Shown: piece after piece, positions 1 through 8,174 of the stretch
Numbering within the stretch: position 1 is the stretch's first letter
Layout: every line of letters starts with the position of its first letter
Program-made: the position numbers and the translations under genes
The notes under the pieces: generated by a model
What the model saw: the letters and a program-made list of their open reading frames with translations, nothing else
What the model was told of the DNA's origin: nothing
Database searches by the model: none
From: Bacillus subtilis subsp. subtilis str. 168
Lineage (GTDB): Bacteria > Bacillota > Bacilli > Bacillales > Bacillaceae
DNA: 32,000 nucleotides
NCBI RefSeq assembly: GCF_000009045.1
Contig: NC_000964.3
Location: forward strand, 2,700,001-2,732,000
Reading direction: 5' to 3'

Positions 1-32
1 ATTTTCTGATGCAGCTATTGCTATCCGTTAGT

Positions 33-569
33 TTAATTAGAACTCAGATAATCCAAGACACGGTCAACTCTTTCATTGACTGAGCAGTCGTCTTCAATCT
101 TTAACACTGGACAAGATAAATCTGCCATCCAATGTTCATGCAAAGCTCTACTTCTAACTTCCATTCCAGCATTATCATATAAAGAAGCCCACTCTAAAAA
201 TGTTTTTGATTGTTCATATTTACTGCCACCGGCTAACACTTCGTTTCCATAACGCTGAAATTCCCTGTGCCTTAGTCTCTCAAGCCGTATATCTTGTGGA
301 ATCCATAAGAAGACGACAAGGTCAAAATAACTTTTTAGATTATCGCCCCAGCCACACACTGCACCAGAAAGAATCCATTTTTCATTGATTGTTAAGTCTT
401 TTTCAAGCAACTTTCTTCTTTCAGGAATTTCTCTTTTTTTAGTGAATTTGTCTAACCAATAGTAATTATCAGTATCAAGATGCGTATGAGGCAAACGCTT
501 TGATAATGCAGCACCCAATGTTGAAGTTCCGACACCAGAGGCTCCCAATATGTGAATATTTTTTTTCAT
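33..569 (-). CDS. yqaC: P-loop nucleotide kinase-like protein (skin element)
   Basis: 178-aa ORF with an N-terminal Walker A-like GASGVGTST. SD AAGGAGGGG lies about 6 nt upstream of the ATG. Confidence 0.85.
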   Translation of the reverse strand: MKKNIHILGASGVGTSTLGAALSKRLPHTHLDTDNYYWLDKFTKKREIPERRKLLEKDLTINEKWILSGAVCGWGDNLKSYFDLVVFLWIPQDIRLERLRHREFQRYGNEVLAGGSKYEQSKTFLEWASLYDNAGMEVRSRALHEHWMADLSCPVLKIEDDCSVNERVDRVLDYLSSN

Positions 570-644
570 ACTTCCCCTCCTTATTAAGCAACCAAACTCC
601 CTGTTTGTTGCATAACGTACTTACTATTATTTTGACATAAATCC

Positions 645-731
645 CTAAAAGACCTTTACTTTTCGAGGGAAATCCAGATGCGTGTTAAAATCATAATACT
701 TACGAAAACAGTCATGATTAAACGGATTCAT
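645..731 (-). CDS. Possible 28-aa small ORF (MNPFNHDCFRKYYDFNTHLDFPRKVKVF)
   Basis: SD AAGGAG lies 7 nt upstream of the ATG at 731. It is too short for the ORF track and I recognise no homology. Confidence 0.2.
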   Translation of the reverse strand: MNPFNHDCFRKYYDFNTHLDFPRKVKVF

Positions 732-837
732 ATTCCATCTCCTTAGACGCATTTTCCTATGAAAAAAGTCTTGATTTCCATATAATATTTAAACGAATCC
801 AATTTTTAGATTGTCGTCTTTAAGGAGGTTTTTCATC

Positions 838-1356
838 TTGAGGTATACAAACAGTCATTTAGAGGATTGGATTGAAAACTTATACAAGAAGATTGATATT
901 ACAGAACCAGAACAAATTAATTTTGAACGGATTGCCGAGGCTTTAGATATCAGGCTTTCGTTTAAACCTGTTACAAGCTTCGCACTTAAACACAGCGGAA
1001 TTTATAATATATGCTTGGACAGCCGTAAAAGCCGAACTGAACAATGGTATGATTTTGCTCATGAATTTTGCCATATATATAGACATGAAGGCGATAAAAA
1101 AACAATGCCTGCAACTTGGACTGATTATTTGGATTGGCAGTCCAATTATTTTACATATCACTTTTGCATTCCAACTTGCATGTTGCGTAATATCAACCTT
1201 CCGTACATACAATCACATGCAATTGAAAATGTAGCTTGGTTATTTAAGGTATCCCCTTCATTCGCTAAGAAACGTTTAAGCATTTATTACAGGAAACTGA
1301 CTCAACATTTATTTAGTCAAACTGTTACGGGAAATTTATGCCCCCCCTTTTTGTAA
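838..1356 (+). CDS. yqaB: ImmA/IrrE-family zinc metallopeptidase (skin element)
   Basis: HEXXH motif (HEFCH) in a ~170-aa protein. SD AAGGAGG at 822-828 favours the TTG at 838 over the ORF-track start at 811. The stop codon at 1354-1356 lies inside the junction repeat. Confidence 0.85.
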   Translation: MRYTNSHLEDWIENLYKKIDITEPEQINFERIAEALDIRLSFKPVTSFALKHSGIYNICLDSRKSRTEQWYDFAHEFCHIYRHEGDKKTMPATWTDYLDWQSNYFTYHFCIPTCMLRNINLPYIQSHAIENVAWLFKVSPSFAKKRLSIYYRKLTQHLFSQTVTGNLCPPFL

Positions 1357-1361
1357 TGAAT

Positions 1362-1754
1362 AATGAAATCCTCATGCATTTGCGCGCATTGAAAAAAACA
1401 AAAAAAGACGTCTCCCTTCACGATCCGATCGGGCAGGATAAGGAAGGGAATGAAATAAGCCTGATTGACGTTTTGAAATCAGAAAACGAAGACGTGATAG
1501 ATACGATCCAGCTCAATATGGAGCTTGAAAAAGTGAAACAATACATTGACATTTTAGATGACCGTGAGAAGGAAGTGATTGTCGGGCGGTTTGGACTTGA
1601 TTTGAAGAAGGAAAAAACGCAGCGAGAGATTGCCAAAGAACTCGGTATCTCACGCAGCTATGTATCGCGGATTGAAAAGCGGGCGCTGATGAAGATGTTT
1701 CATGAGTTTTATCGGGCAGAGAAGGAAAAGCGGAAGAAGGCGAAGGGGAAATAA
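1362..1754 (+). CDS. spoIIIC: 3' segment of split sigma-K gene (C-terminal regions 3-4 of SigK); not an independent gene
   Basis: The translation [17 protein letters not shown]...[23 protein letters not shown]...KAKGK is the sigma-70 region 4 HTH and the SigK C-terminus. The ATG at 1338 is fortuitous element sequence with no SD. Confidence 0.9.
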   Translation, partial: NEILMHLRALKKTKKDVSLHDPIGQDKEGNEISLIDVLKSENEDVIDTIQLNMELEKVKQYIDILDDREKEVIVGRFGLDLKKEKTQREIAKELGISRSYVSRIEKRALMKMFHEFYRAEKEKRKKAKGK

Positions 1755-1762
1755 TGCAGAAG

Positions 1763-1795
1763 AAGCCGGATCTCATACTCCGGCTTTCTCTATTT
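1763..1795 (+). terminator. Rho-independent terminator of sigK
   Basis: Stem AAGCCGGA (1763-1770) pairs with TCCGGCTT (1779-1786), followed by a T-rich tract. Confidence 0.75.
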
Positions 1796-1820
1796 GAAAG
1801 AGTTATGAAAATCATTTTTT

Positions 1821-2049
1821 TCATCGCTGATAAGCTCTCCGAGAAAGACAGGCAGGATCGTAACAAATAACTTGACTTATAATCCTCCCGCAGGCATTCA
1901 AAGCCGGACGTTCTAAAAGCTCTCCTGAGAAAATCCTTAGATCGGTATACTTCAGTACATCTTTAGTCCCTGCTTTCTTTATACAGGCCTCGATCTGGCT
2001 GTCGATGCTCGATCCCTTGATCGCTTGTTCCACGATATATTGCTATCAC
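1821..2049 (-). pseudogene. N-terminal catalytic-domain relic of a large serine recombinase (SpoIVCA-like)
   Basis: SD GGCAGGAGAT is followed by GTG ATA GCA ATA TAT CGT (VIAIYR). A frame break follows, then EQAIKGSSIDSQIEACIKKAG...FSGELLERPALN...ISQVICYDPACLSRR and a stop. The resolvase motifs are present (IAIY-R, SG-x4-RP, YD-xx-LSR), but the catalytic VST segment is deleted and about 425 aa are missing. Confidence 0.75.
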
Positions 2050-2143
2050 CCTGGATCTCCTGCCTATAAAGTTTTATTAAATAATGATAGCAATCGTTCA
2101 TGCATTTGTCAGTTTGCAGTCCCTCGATGATTATTACCTTCAT
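1979..2143 (-). CDS. Possible 54-aa ORF running out of frame into the recombinase relic
   Basis: SD AAGGGGTGAT (2151-2160) lies 7 nt upstream of the ATG at 2143. There is no recognisable family, and the 3' part is out-of-frame recombinase sequence. Confidence 0.2.
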   Translation of the reverse strand: MKVIIIEGLQTDKCMNDCYHYLIKLYRQEIQGDSNISWNKRSRDRASTARSRPV

Positions 2144-2206
2144 AAAATACATCACCCCTTGGGTAATGCTGCGTAATACCTGTTTGTCCTAATGAGGTGA
2201 TTTTCA

Positions 2207-2284
2207 ATGAGTATGAAAACAAATAAAAAAACCGATGGTTTGTACCATCGATCTGTTTTCTATATCACTAGGCCCTCAATATAG
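2207..2284 (+). CDS. Mini-ORF A, 25 codons (MSMKTNKKTDGLYHRSVFYITRPSI)
   Basis: SD GAGGTGA (2194-2200) lies 6 nt upstream of the ATG. The ORF contains the 2233-2250 hairpin, and its 3' end lies in repeat copy A. Confidence 0.2.
   Translation: MSMKTNKKTDGLYHRSVFYITRPSI
2233..2250. terminator. Hairpin flanked by an A-run and a T-rich run (possible bidirectional terminator)
   Basis: CGATGGT-ttgt-ACCATCG, with AAAAAAA upstream and ATCTGTTTTC downstream. Confidence 0.5.
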
Positions 2285-2320
2285 TAAATCTAGCTCATTG
2301 GTTATGAAAGCTTATTTTCA
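2246..2320. repeat. Direct repeat, copy A (partner at 7822-7906)
   Basis: Hand alignment gives 21/23 matches for the core cactagGccctcaaTatagtaaa against 7852-7874, then 21/32 over the next ungapped stretch. Gapped similarity continues on the 5' side. Confidence 0.65.
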
Positions 2321-2687
2321 TTACACACTATATATTCATTTGTTATCATTTCTATACGTTTATATCAATTATGGTAAAAAATGGTTACAAAAACCCAATA
2401 AACGTCCAACCTAACTTTTTCATCTTATTTATTAAGAATTTTAACCTCTTCCTTGTGAAATAAAGAAGCGATTTTCATCTCCAAACAGTTAATGCTATTT
2501 CATCGGGACATGTCTGTTAAAGTAGCCAATAAATACATTCGGATATCCACTTACAACCACGATTCAATTTGATCCACTACAGATTTCTGAGCTGACATTA
2601 AACAGATAGAGTTATAAAAATCTGTACCAGTTCCCTTTCACAATTAGGACATTTCGGCGGCGTTTCGGCATAATGCGAACTAATTTA

Positions 2688-3107
2688 TTAATGTTCAACA
2701 ACAGAATTTCGTCTATTGGCAATAAAGAATCCACAAATCATTGCAAGAATGGCCATCGCCCACCAGAACGTTGAGATCGCCTGATCATGATCGATGATAA
2801 TCAAACGAATGACAGCTGTGATGCCAATATAAATGAAGTAGCGAAGCGGAAAATGAAAGTCTGATTTGAAGTATTTGATAATCAAAGCAATGAACTCAAA
2901 GTACATGAAGAATATAAGCAGTTCTCCAAGCATCTCATAATAGCTGTCCACTTTGTTGAACAGTGACTTGTATACGAATAGCACAATGTACCAAGTCTCG
3001 CTGATCAGAAGTGCGCTTAAGGCTAACGCCAGAAAGAACAGACAGACGTTGAGAAGCGCTTGTAACAGGTAAGGCACCTTTTTGAATTTGTTAGAAAATC
3101 TCATCAT
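2688..3107 (-). CDS. yrkR: PsiE-family (phosphate-starvation-inducible E-like) membrane protein
   Basis: 139-aa ORF with four hydrophobic segments and a PsiE-like sequence. It lies 42 nt downstream of yrkQ. Confidence 0.8.
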   Translation of the reverse strand: MMRFSNKFKKVPYLLQALLNVCLFFLALALSALLISETWYIVLFVYKSLFNKVDSYYEMLGELLIFFMYFEFIALIIKYFKSDFHFPLRYFIYIGITAVIRLIIIDHDQAISTFWWAMAILAMICGFFIANRRNSVVEH

Positions 3108-3149
3108 GTTGTCTCCTATTTCAATATATTCGTGGTTTTTATTCTCAGC

Positions 3150-4448
3150 CTACATCTTGGTGTTCCAAAATCGTAGCACAATGTAGTACTTAGAATTCTT
3201 TTGTATACTGTGAAACTGTCCCTGCATGCGGGACATCATTCGCGCAATGCTTCTTTCACCGAGTCCGTTGCTTTCCGGTGTTATATCTGCAAGTTTAATC
3301 GTATTGCTAACATGGATCTCAAATATCTCTTGATCCGATACAAACGTGATACTGATTTTTTCTTCCGGATCTGCGTATTTCAATAAGTTTGACATCACAT
3401 TATCAAATACACGACCAAGCTCCTCCAAATTCACGTTAATATAGGTTTCCGGCAGCTCGCCTGAAATATGGACCCGAAAATGCTCCTGATGAAGGATAGC
3501 AATCTGATCTGATATTAGATCGTAGATCACTTCTTTCACTGCAACGGTCTCCAGATCGGCCTCATATTCCTTGTTCAGCAGGAAATACGCAAACAGATTG
3601 TCAGACAAGCTTTTTAATTGCAGTGCTTTACCATAAGCATTGGCTACATACCGATCTTTGCTGGCACCCGCTTCGCCTCCCTCTTTTTTGGCAAACTCCA
3701 GATTCATGATCAGCGACGTCAGCGGTGTGCGCATATCGTGCGACATTTCGGTAACCAGGCTGCGGCTCTCAGCTTGCAATTCCTCGATAGCTTTAAGTTT
3801 ATCCAGGAAAGCTTTCCGCAGATCCTCAATGCTCTTTGCAATCATCGCTAATTCATCATGCCCTTTTATCGTCATCTCGTAGTCCAGTTCGCCCCCTTCA
3901 AGAATATGAATCTCTTGATGAATCGTTTTAAGGTAGCGAAGACTTTGGCGAATTCCGAAGAGAACAATGATTAAAAAGATGAGGGTTGCCCCGAGCAAAT
4001 CCAATGCAAAGGCCAGATCATAATATCGGGAAGAGTAGAAACCGTCGATAATGACTCGTCCTTCACCATCGCTAAACTTGACAGGATGTGAATGATTTTG
4101 AGCGTACTGAGTCAGCTTTTCCTTTCCATAATCCGATTCGGAATAAATAGAATCATATTGCAGCTCCTGATCCTTGAATATGGTGAGGTTAATGTAATTT
4201 TCTTTTTTGACCCACTCGCCAAACGCTTTTCTATCTGATGTAGACAACTCATTTTCTGAAACGTACTTGCTGAATTTTTGAATGTATCTTGCTGACTCCT
4301 CGTGATAATACTCTTCCGAACTCAGATATCCCTCGATCAGATCATCTGTGATCTTTTGCAACGTCAGAAAGATCACACCACTCACAATCGCAGCAACCAT
4401 TATCAGCAAAGCCAGTTTTTTGGTTAGCGTAAATTTAAGATGCGCCAA
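3150..4448 (-). CDS. yrkQ: Two-component sensor histidine kinase
   Basis: Two TM segments flank a ~130-aa extracytoplasmic region. It has the H-box MSHDMRTPLTSL and a C-terminal HATPase domain. Its start overlaps the yrkP stop by 14 nt. Confidence 0.9.
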   Translation of the reverse strand: MAHLKFTLTKKLALLIMVAAIVSGVIFLTLQKITDDLIEGYLSSEEYYHEESARYIQKFSKYVSENELSTSDRKAFGEWVKKENYINLTIFKDQELQYDSIYSESDYGKEKLTQYAQNHSHPVKFSDGEGRVIIDGFYSSRYYDLAFALDLLGATLIFLIIVLFGIRQSLRYLKTIHQEIHILEGGELDYEMTIKGHDELAMIAKSIEDLRKAFLDKLKAIEELQAESRSLVTEMSHDMRTPLTSLIMNLEFAKKEGGEAGASKDRYVANAYGKALQLKSLSDNLFAYFLLNKEYEADLETVAVKEVIYDLISDQIAILHQEHFRVHISGELPETYINVNLEELGRVFDNVMSNLLKYADPEEKISITFVSDQEIFEIHVSNTIKLADITPESNGLGERSIARMMSRMQGQFHSIQKNSKYYIVLRFWNTKM

Positions 4449-5130
4449 ATCGATATCCTCTTCCCCATTCAGTTTTTATATAAACCGGACGTGCCGGATC
4501 ATCCTCAATTTTGGAGCGCAGCTTCCGTATATGCACCATCACCGTATTGTTGGAACAGTAAAAGTAAGGCTGTCCCCACACACTCTCATATATATTTTGG
4601 GCAGAAAATATTTTGTTGCGTTTGTTCATCAGAAGTTTCAGGATACGATACTCCAGATCTGACAACTTGATTTGCTTCTCCTCTTTCCACACCTCATTAA
4701 ATTCTTCGCTCACTCTTAGTTTGCCCCCGATAAGAAATGTTTCTTCCTGTTCCTTCTTTTCCTGATAGATAGTATATCTGCGTAATTGAGCAATCACTCT
4801 AGCGTGAAGTTCCTCTTCCGAGAATGGTTTAGTCATATAATCATCGCCGCCGGCGAGTAATCCCTCAGTTTTATCGAGTGTACTCGATCTGGCCGTCAGA
4901 AACAGAATCGGGACGTTAGAGGATTTCCTGATGTGCTGACATGTTTCAATTCCCGAAATGCCTGGCATCATAATATCCAAAATAACCAAATCAAGCGAGT
5001 CATTCACAAGTTGCAATGCTCGCTTTCCATCCTTGGCTCTTAGCACCTCGTAACCTGCACGTGTAAGGGATTCCTCCAAAAGATCACCAATATCCTCATC
5101 ATCCTCTACGACTAATATTCGATAGGCCAT
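4435..5130 (-). CDS. yrkP: OmpR/PhoB-family response regulator
   Basis: Receiver domain (ILVVEDDEDI...LVILDIMMPG...TKP) plus a winged-helix C-terminus (RPVYIKTEWGRGYRF). Confidence 0.92.
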   Translation of the reverse strand: MAYRILVVEDDEDIGDLLEESLTRAGYEVLRAKDGKRALQLVNDSLDLVILDIMMPGISGIETCQHIRKSSNVPILFLTARSSTLDKTEGLLAGGDDYMTKPFSEEELHARVIAQLRRYTIYQEKKEQEETFLIGGKLRVSEEFNEVWKEEKQIKLSDLEYRILKLLMNKRNKIFSAQNIYESVWGQPYFYCSNNTVMVHIRKLRSKIEDDPARPVYIKTEWGRGYRFGAS

Positions 5131-5222
5131 GTCTCTCTCACCTCATGATTCTTGTTGTTATTTCTCGTGTGTCCTTACTATATATCGTTCATAGTAATAA
5201 GTACGTTATAAGATACTACGTA

Positions 5223-5311
5223 AATCTTAACAATTTATGAAAGCTGATGCTCGCCACAAATTTGTCACATTTTCTAAAAAAAATGATGACTCTTCATAAA
5301 TTGTTAAGATT
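5223..5311. promoter_or_regulatory. Perfect 19-bp inverted repeat (5223-5241 / 5293-5311) in the yrkP-yrkO divergent control region
   Basis: AATCTTAACAATTTATGAA and its exact reverse complement are separated by 51 nt. The spacer contains the palindrome ACAAATTTGT. The arms lie 92 nt and 86 nt from the two divergent start codons. Confidence 0.5.
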
Positions 5312-5397
5312 CGGTCTTTATATTTATCCATTGTAAGGCTCAAGTTTTTCAGATCCGCACTACACATTGCCGTGATAAATGGGAAAGGAGTATTGAT

Positions 5398-6615
5398 ATG
5401 ATTGTACAAAAAGAAGGACGCGGGCAACCGGTGAGTCTGCGGGAACGGGTTCATTTTCTGGACATCGTACGAGGATTTGCCTTGCTTGGCATTATTATTG
5501 TCAATTATTTTCTGATCGTAGATTCAGTAAAGGGATTCGAAATGGCCTCCGATGACGTACTGCATAAGCTGGTTTCCTGGTTTGCCGAAGGGAAATTCGT
5601 TACGTTATTCTCCTTCCTGTTCGGAGTCGGGTTTATGATCTTTATGGATCGAGCCGCGCAGAAGGTAGAGAGTCCCAACAAGCTGTTTGCCCGCAGGTTA
5701 TCTATCCTGTTGGGATTTGGCATTTTGCACATCACATTTGTTTGGGTCGGTGACATATTGGCCTTTTACGCCGTAAGTGGCTTCCTGTTACTCGCCTTCT
5801 ATAAACGCACGGCCAAAACGGTGCTTAGATGGATTATCGCACTTATCGTGTTTCAATTCCTGACTCCTGTTTTCACAATGTTGTACAATGTCATCAATAC
5901 TGCAGGGTCAAAAAACCCGAATTTTTCAGAGTTTACTTTGTTTAGCCACAGCAGCCTTACCTACATGGAATCCATCAGCACTCGGTGGACAGATATGGTC
6001 ACGATGGCTGCCGGCTCTTTCTCTATGATCTATTCCATGTTTCTCATGTTTCTGCTGGGCGTGTACTTTGTTAAGATGGAATTTTTCAAAGACATGGAAG
6101 CGAAAAAGCCTATATGGAAGCGTATCTGGATCATTAGCACAATCGCTTTTCTAATAACACAAAGCAGTATATTACTAGACATGTTTAATCTTTCTGAGAA
6201 TATGCTGTGGAAGGACATTTCCTCTGTCTTGGGTCAAAATGGCGGCTTAACCGGAAGTATGTTTTATATGAGCACTTTTGCAATGCTGTTTCTATACCTT
6301 CCTCAGCTGCGAGGCCCTATGATGATATTCACCAAAGTCGGACGGATGTCATTGACCTGTTATCTGCTTCACTCTATCATTGGAACAGTTCTGTTCCTCA
6401 GGTACGGATTCGGGCTTGCGGATCATATTCAATCCGCCGGCACGTTCATGTTCAGTCTGGCCGTGTACTTCGTTCTTATGAGCTTTAGTACATTGTGGTT
6501 GAAACGGTTTAGGTACGGTCCGATGGAATTAGTATGGCGCAAGCTGACGTACGGCAAAGTAAACGGGAGTCCCAAAGCAACTCCGCTGCATTCGGAAAAA
6601 TCTATTCAGAAATAA
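5398..6615 (+). CDS. yrkO: DUF418/YeiB-like polytopic membrane protein
   Basis: 405-aa ORF with many TM segments and the N-terminal signature [28 protein letters not shown] precedes it. Confidence 0.85.
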
Positions 6616-7126
6616 CCCCCTTGCACAGATTGCATGACTTCAAATTAGTGTTGTTGAATGAAGCGGGCATTAAACGGACAGATTTGATATATGGACTAGT
6701 TATTTTTATATCATTTAGGCTTCTTTGGGCTAATAAATCCACCAGAGTTTACTCAATGTGCATTGCTCATGATCGAATCTAAATTGAATCTTTTACGCAT
6801 GTTCATAGTCAAAGGCGCCTCATTCGACTATTTTTGTAACTTTTCGCAGGAAAAATTCGAGAATGATGACAAATCCCGCATACGACACTTAATACGGTAG
6901 TGAACAATAGTAAATTAGGGTTACATGCAGCTTGTTTTCCAATGAAACAAAGAAAAAGAATCATACAAAAAGACAGGAGAAAGCTTTTGAAGTATTTTAA
7001 CGCCAAATTTACCGCGGAAGAAAGAGCGATGGAATCACTTTTTTGTGAAAAGGCCTCGCAGAGCAGCTCGAATGTTTTACTGAACGACTGAACTCTATAT
7101 TTTAGCAACTGAGGGAGTGAACAATC

Positions 7127-7684
7127 ATGAAAACTAAAAATGAACCAAAAGTTATTCTGGAACTAGCAAAGGAATCTGATCTGCCAGAATTCCAAAAAAA
7201 ATTACAAGAAGCCTTTGCGATCGCCGTGATTGAAACGTTCGGTGATTGCGAAGATGGGCCGATTCCATCGGACAATGATGTTCAGGAGTCTTTCAATGCT
7301 CCCGGAGCAGTGGTATATCATATTCTTCAGGATGGTAAGAATGTCGGTGGTGCAGTAGTACGTATCAACAGCCAAACAAATCATAATTCGCTAGATTTAT
7401 TCTATGTATCTCCAGAATATCACAGCCAAGGGATTGGTCTTTCTGCTTGGAAAGCCATTGAAGCACAGTATCCGGATACTGTGCTTTGGGAAACCGTGAC
7501 ACCTTATTTCGAAAAGCGAAATATCAACTTCTATGTGAATAAGTGTGGATTTCATATCGTAGAGTTCTACAATGAACATCACTCTAATCCGCATATGCAT
7601 CGCAATGGACGTGAAGATGACAAGCCCCTACTGAATGATGATGACTTTTTCAGATTTGTAAAGATTATGAAAAAAAAGGACTAA
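7127..7684 (+). CDS. yrkN: GNAT-family N-acetyltransferase
   Basis: 185 aa with the acetyl-CoA motif HSQGIGLSAWKAIE. SD GAGGGAG precedes it. Confidence 0.85.
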   Translation: MKTKNEPKVILELAKESDLPEFQKKLQEAFAIAVIETFGDCEDGPIPSDNDVQESFNAPGAVVYHILQDGKNVGGAVVRINSQTNHNSLDLFYVSPEYHSQGIGLSAWKAIEAQYPDTVLWETVTPYFEKRNINFYVNKCGFHIVEFYNEHHSNPHMHRNGREDDKPLLNDDDFFRFVKIMKKKD

Positions 7685-7759
7685 ACAATTGAACACGGCG
7701 AGATGCCGCAGAGAGTTGCTGGTAACTTTTTTATATTTCATTATCAGAGGAAGGTAATA

Positions 7760-7870
7760 ATGATGTTTAAAAGGTGTTTTGATCCCTGTCTCATAAACAG
7801 GGGTCAAAACACCTTTGAATCATCGGTTTCTTTTCTGACATATACCACGCCCACTAGTCCCTCAACATAG
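7760..7870 (+). CDS. Mini-ORF B, 36 codons (MMFKRCFDPCLINRGQNTFESSVSFLTYTTPTSPST)
   Basis: SD GAGGAAGG (7748-7754) precedes it. The ORF encloses the 20-bp hairpin, and its 3' end and stop codon align with those of mini-ORF A inside the repeat. Confidence 0.2.
   Translation: MMFKRCFDPCLINRGQNTFESSVSFLTYTTPTSPST
7769..7816 (+). other. Long hairpin: 20-bp stem with one G-U pair and a 7-nt loop
   Basis: aaaggtgttttgatccctgt / ctcataa / acaggggtcaaaacaccttt. No immediate T-tract follows it. It lies 85 nt downstream of the yrkN stop. Confidence 0.6.
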
Positions 7871-7906
7871 TAAAAACATATCATGAGTTACAAAAGCTTT
7901 TATTCA
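7822..7906. repeat. Direct repeat, copy B (partner at 2246-2320)
   Basis: See copy A. It has the same orientation and about 76 percent identity over the 55-nt ungapped core. Confidence 0.65.
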
Positions 7907-8174
7907 AAGCATATGTTTATTTTATTTATACTTATTTTCATCATTTTTCAGAATTCTGGACACAAATCGGGTACCTATTAGAGGCCAAGGAACTCTACAT
8001 TTCATTAAGAAATACGTACTCATTGCCCTGCTTTAATTAATTTTAAGCCCTCGCACTATGCCCCCCCCTGAATTAAGTATTTGATGTAACTTTGAAATTA
8101 AGTTTATGAAAATCTGTCACAAACCCTTATTTCATAACACATCATTTGTTTCAGCTTCCCTCGCGAATACCGGA

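Larger units (their letters stand above)
1..1361. mobile_element. Terminal segment of the skin (sigK-intervening, prophage-derived) element; boundary placed where the SigK reading frame begins
   Basis: Skin-type genes yqaC and yqaB are followed directly by the 3' half of sigK. Residues before codon 1362 (MPPLFVMN) are not SigK, whereas [12 protein letters not shown] onward is (SigK recalled from memory). A tandem TAATGAA TAATGAA at 1354-1367 spans the junction. Confidence 0.8.

Noticed and set aside
200-388. Many 60-117-aa ORFs in the track lie antisense to or nested inside strongly supported genes. Examples: 200-388, 943-1212, 1049-1234, 1418-1636, 1513-1866, 3201-3386, 3618-3882, 4348-4670, 5505-5756, 6030-6488, 7202-7600, 10168-10485, 11450-11767, 12858-13040, 13938-14198, 16050-16692, 17275-17508, 20109-20303, 21855-22097, 26436-26648, 27953-28213, 28349-28555, 28810-29046, 30006-30275 and 31133-31467.
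   Set aside because: Each overlaps a longer ORF that has clear family motifs and an SD. The translations are low-complexity or mirror the partner's codons, and I saw no independent start signals.
1338-1361. The ATG at 1338 as a genuine start of an independent spoIIIC protein.
   Set aside because: It has no SD, and the first eight codons are element-derived and absent from mature SigK. The segment is only expressed after fusion to the 5' half.
5227-5454. A 75-aa minus-strand ORF spanning the yrkP-yrkO intergenic region.
   Set aside because: It starts antisense inside yrkO, runs through the inverted repeat and promoter region, and has no SD and no recognisable domain.
6616-7126. ORFs 6534-6782(+), 6809-7108(-) and 6900-7091(+) in the 510-bp yrkO-yrkN gap. 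This includes an SD-preceded TTG ORF encoding KYFNAKFTAEERAMESLF...
   Set aside because: The frames are mutually overlapping and the sequences are odd or low-complexity, with no family signature I can name. The gap may hold a relic or an sRNA, but I cannot support a call.
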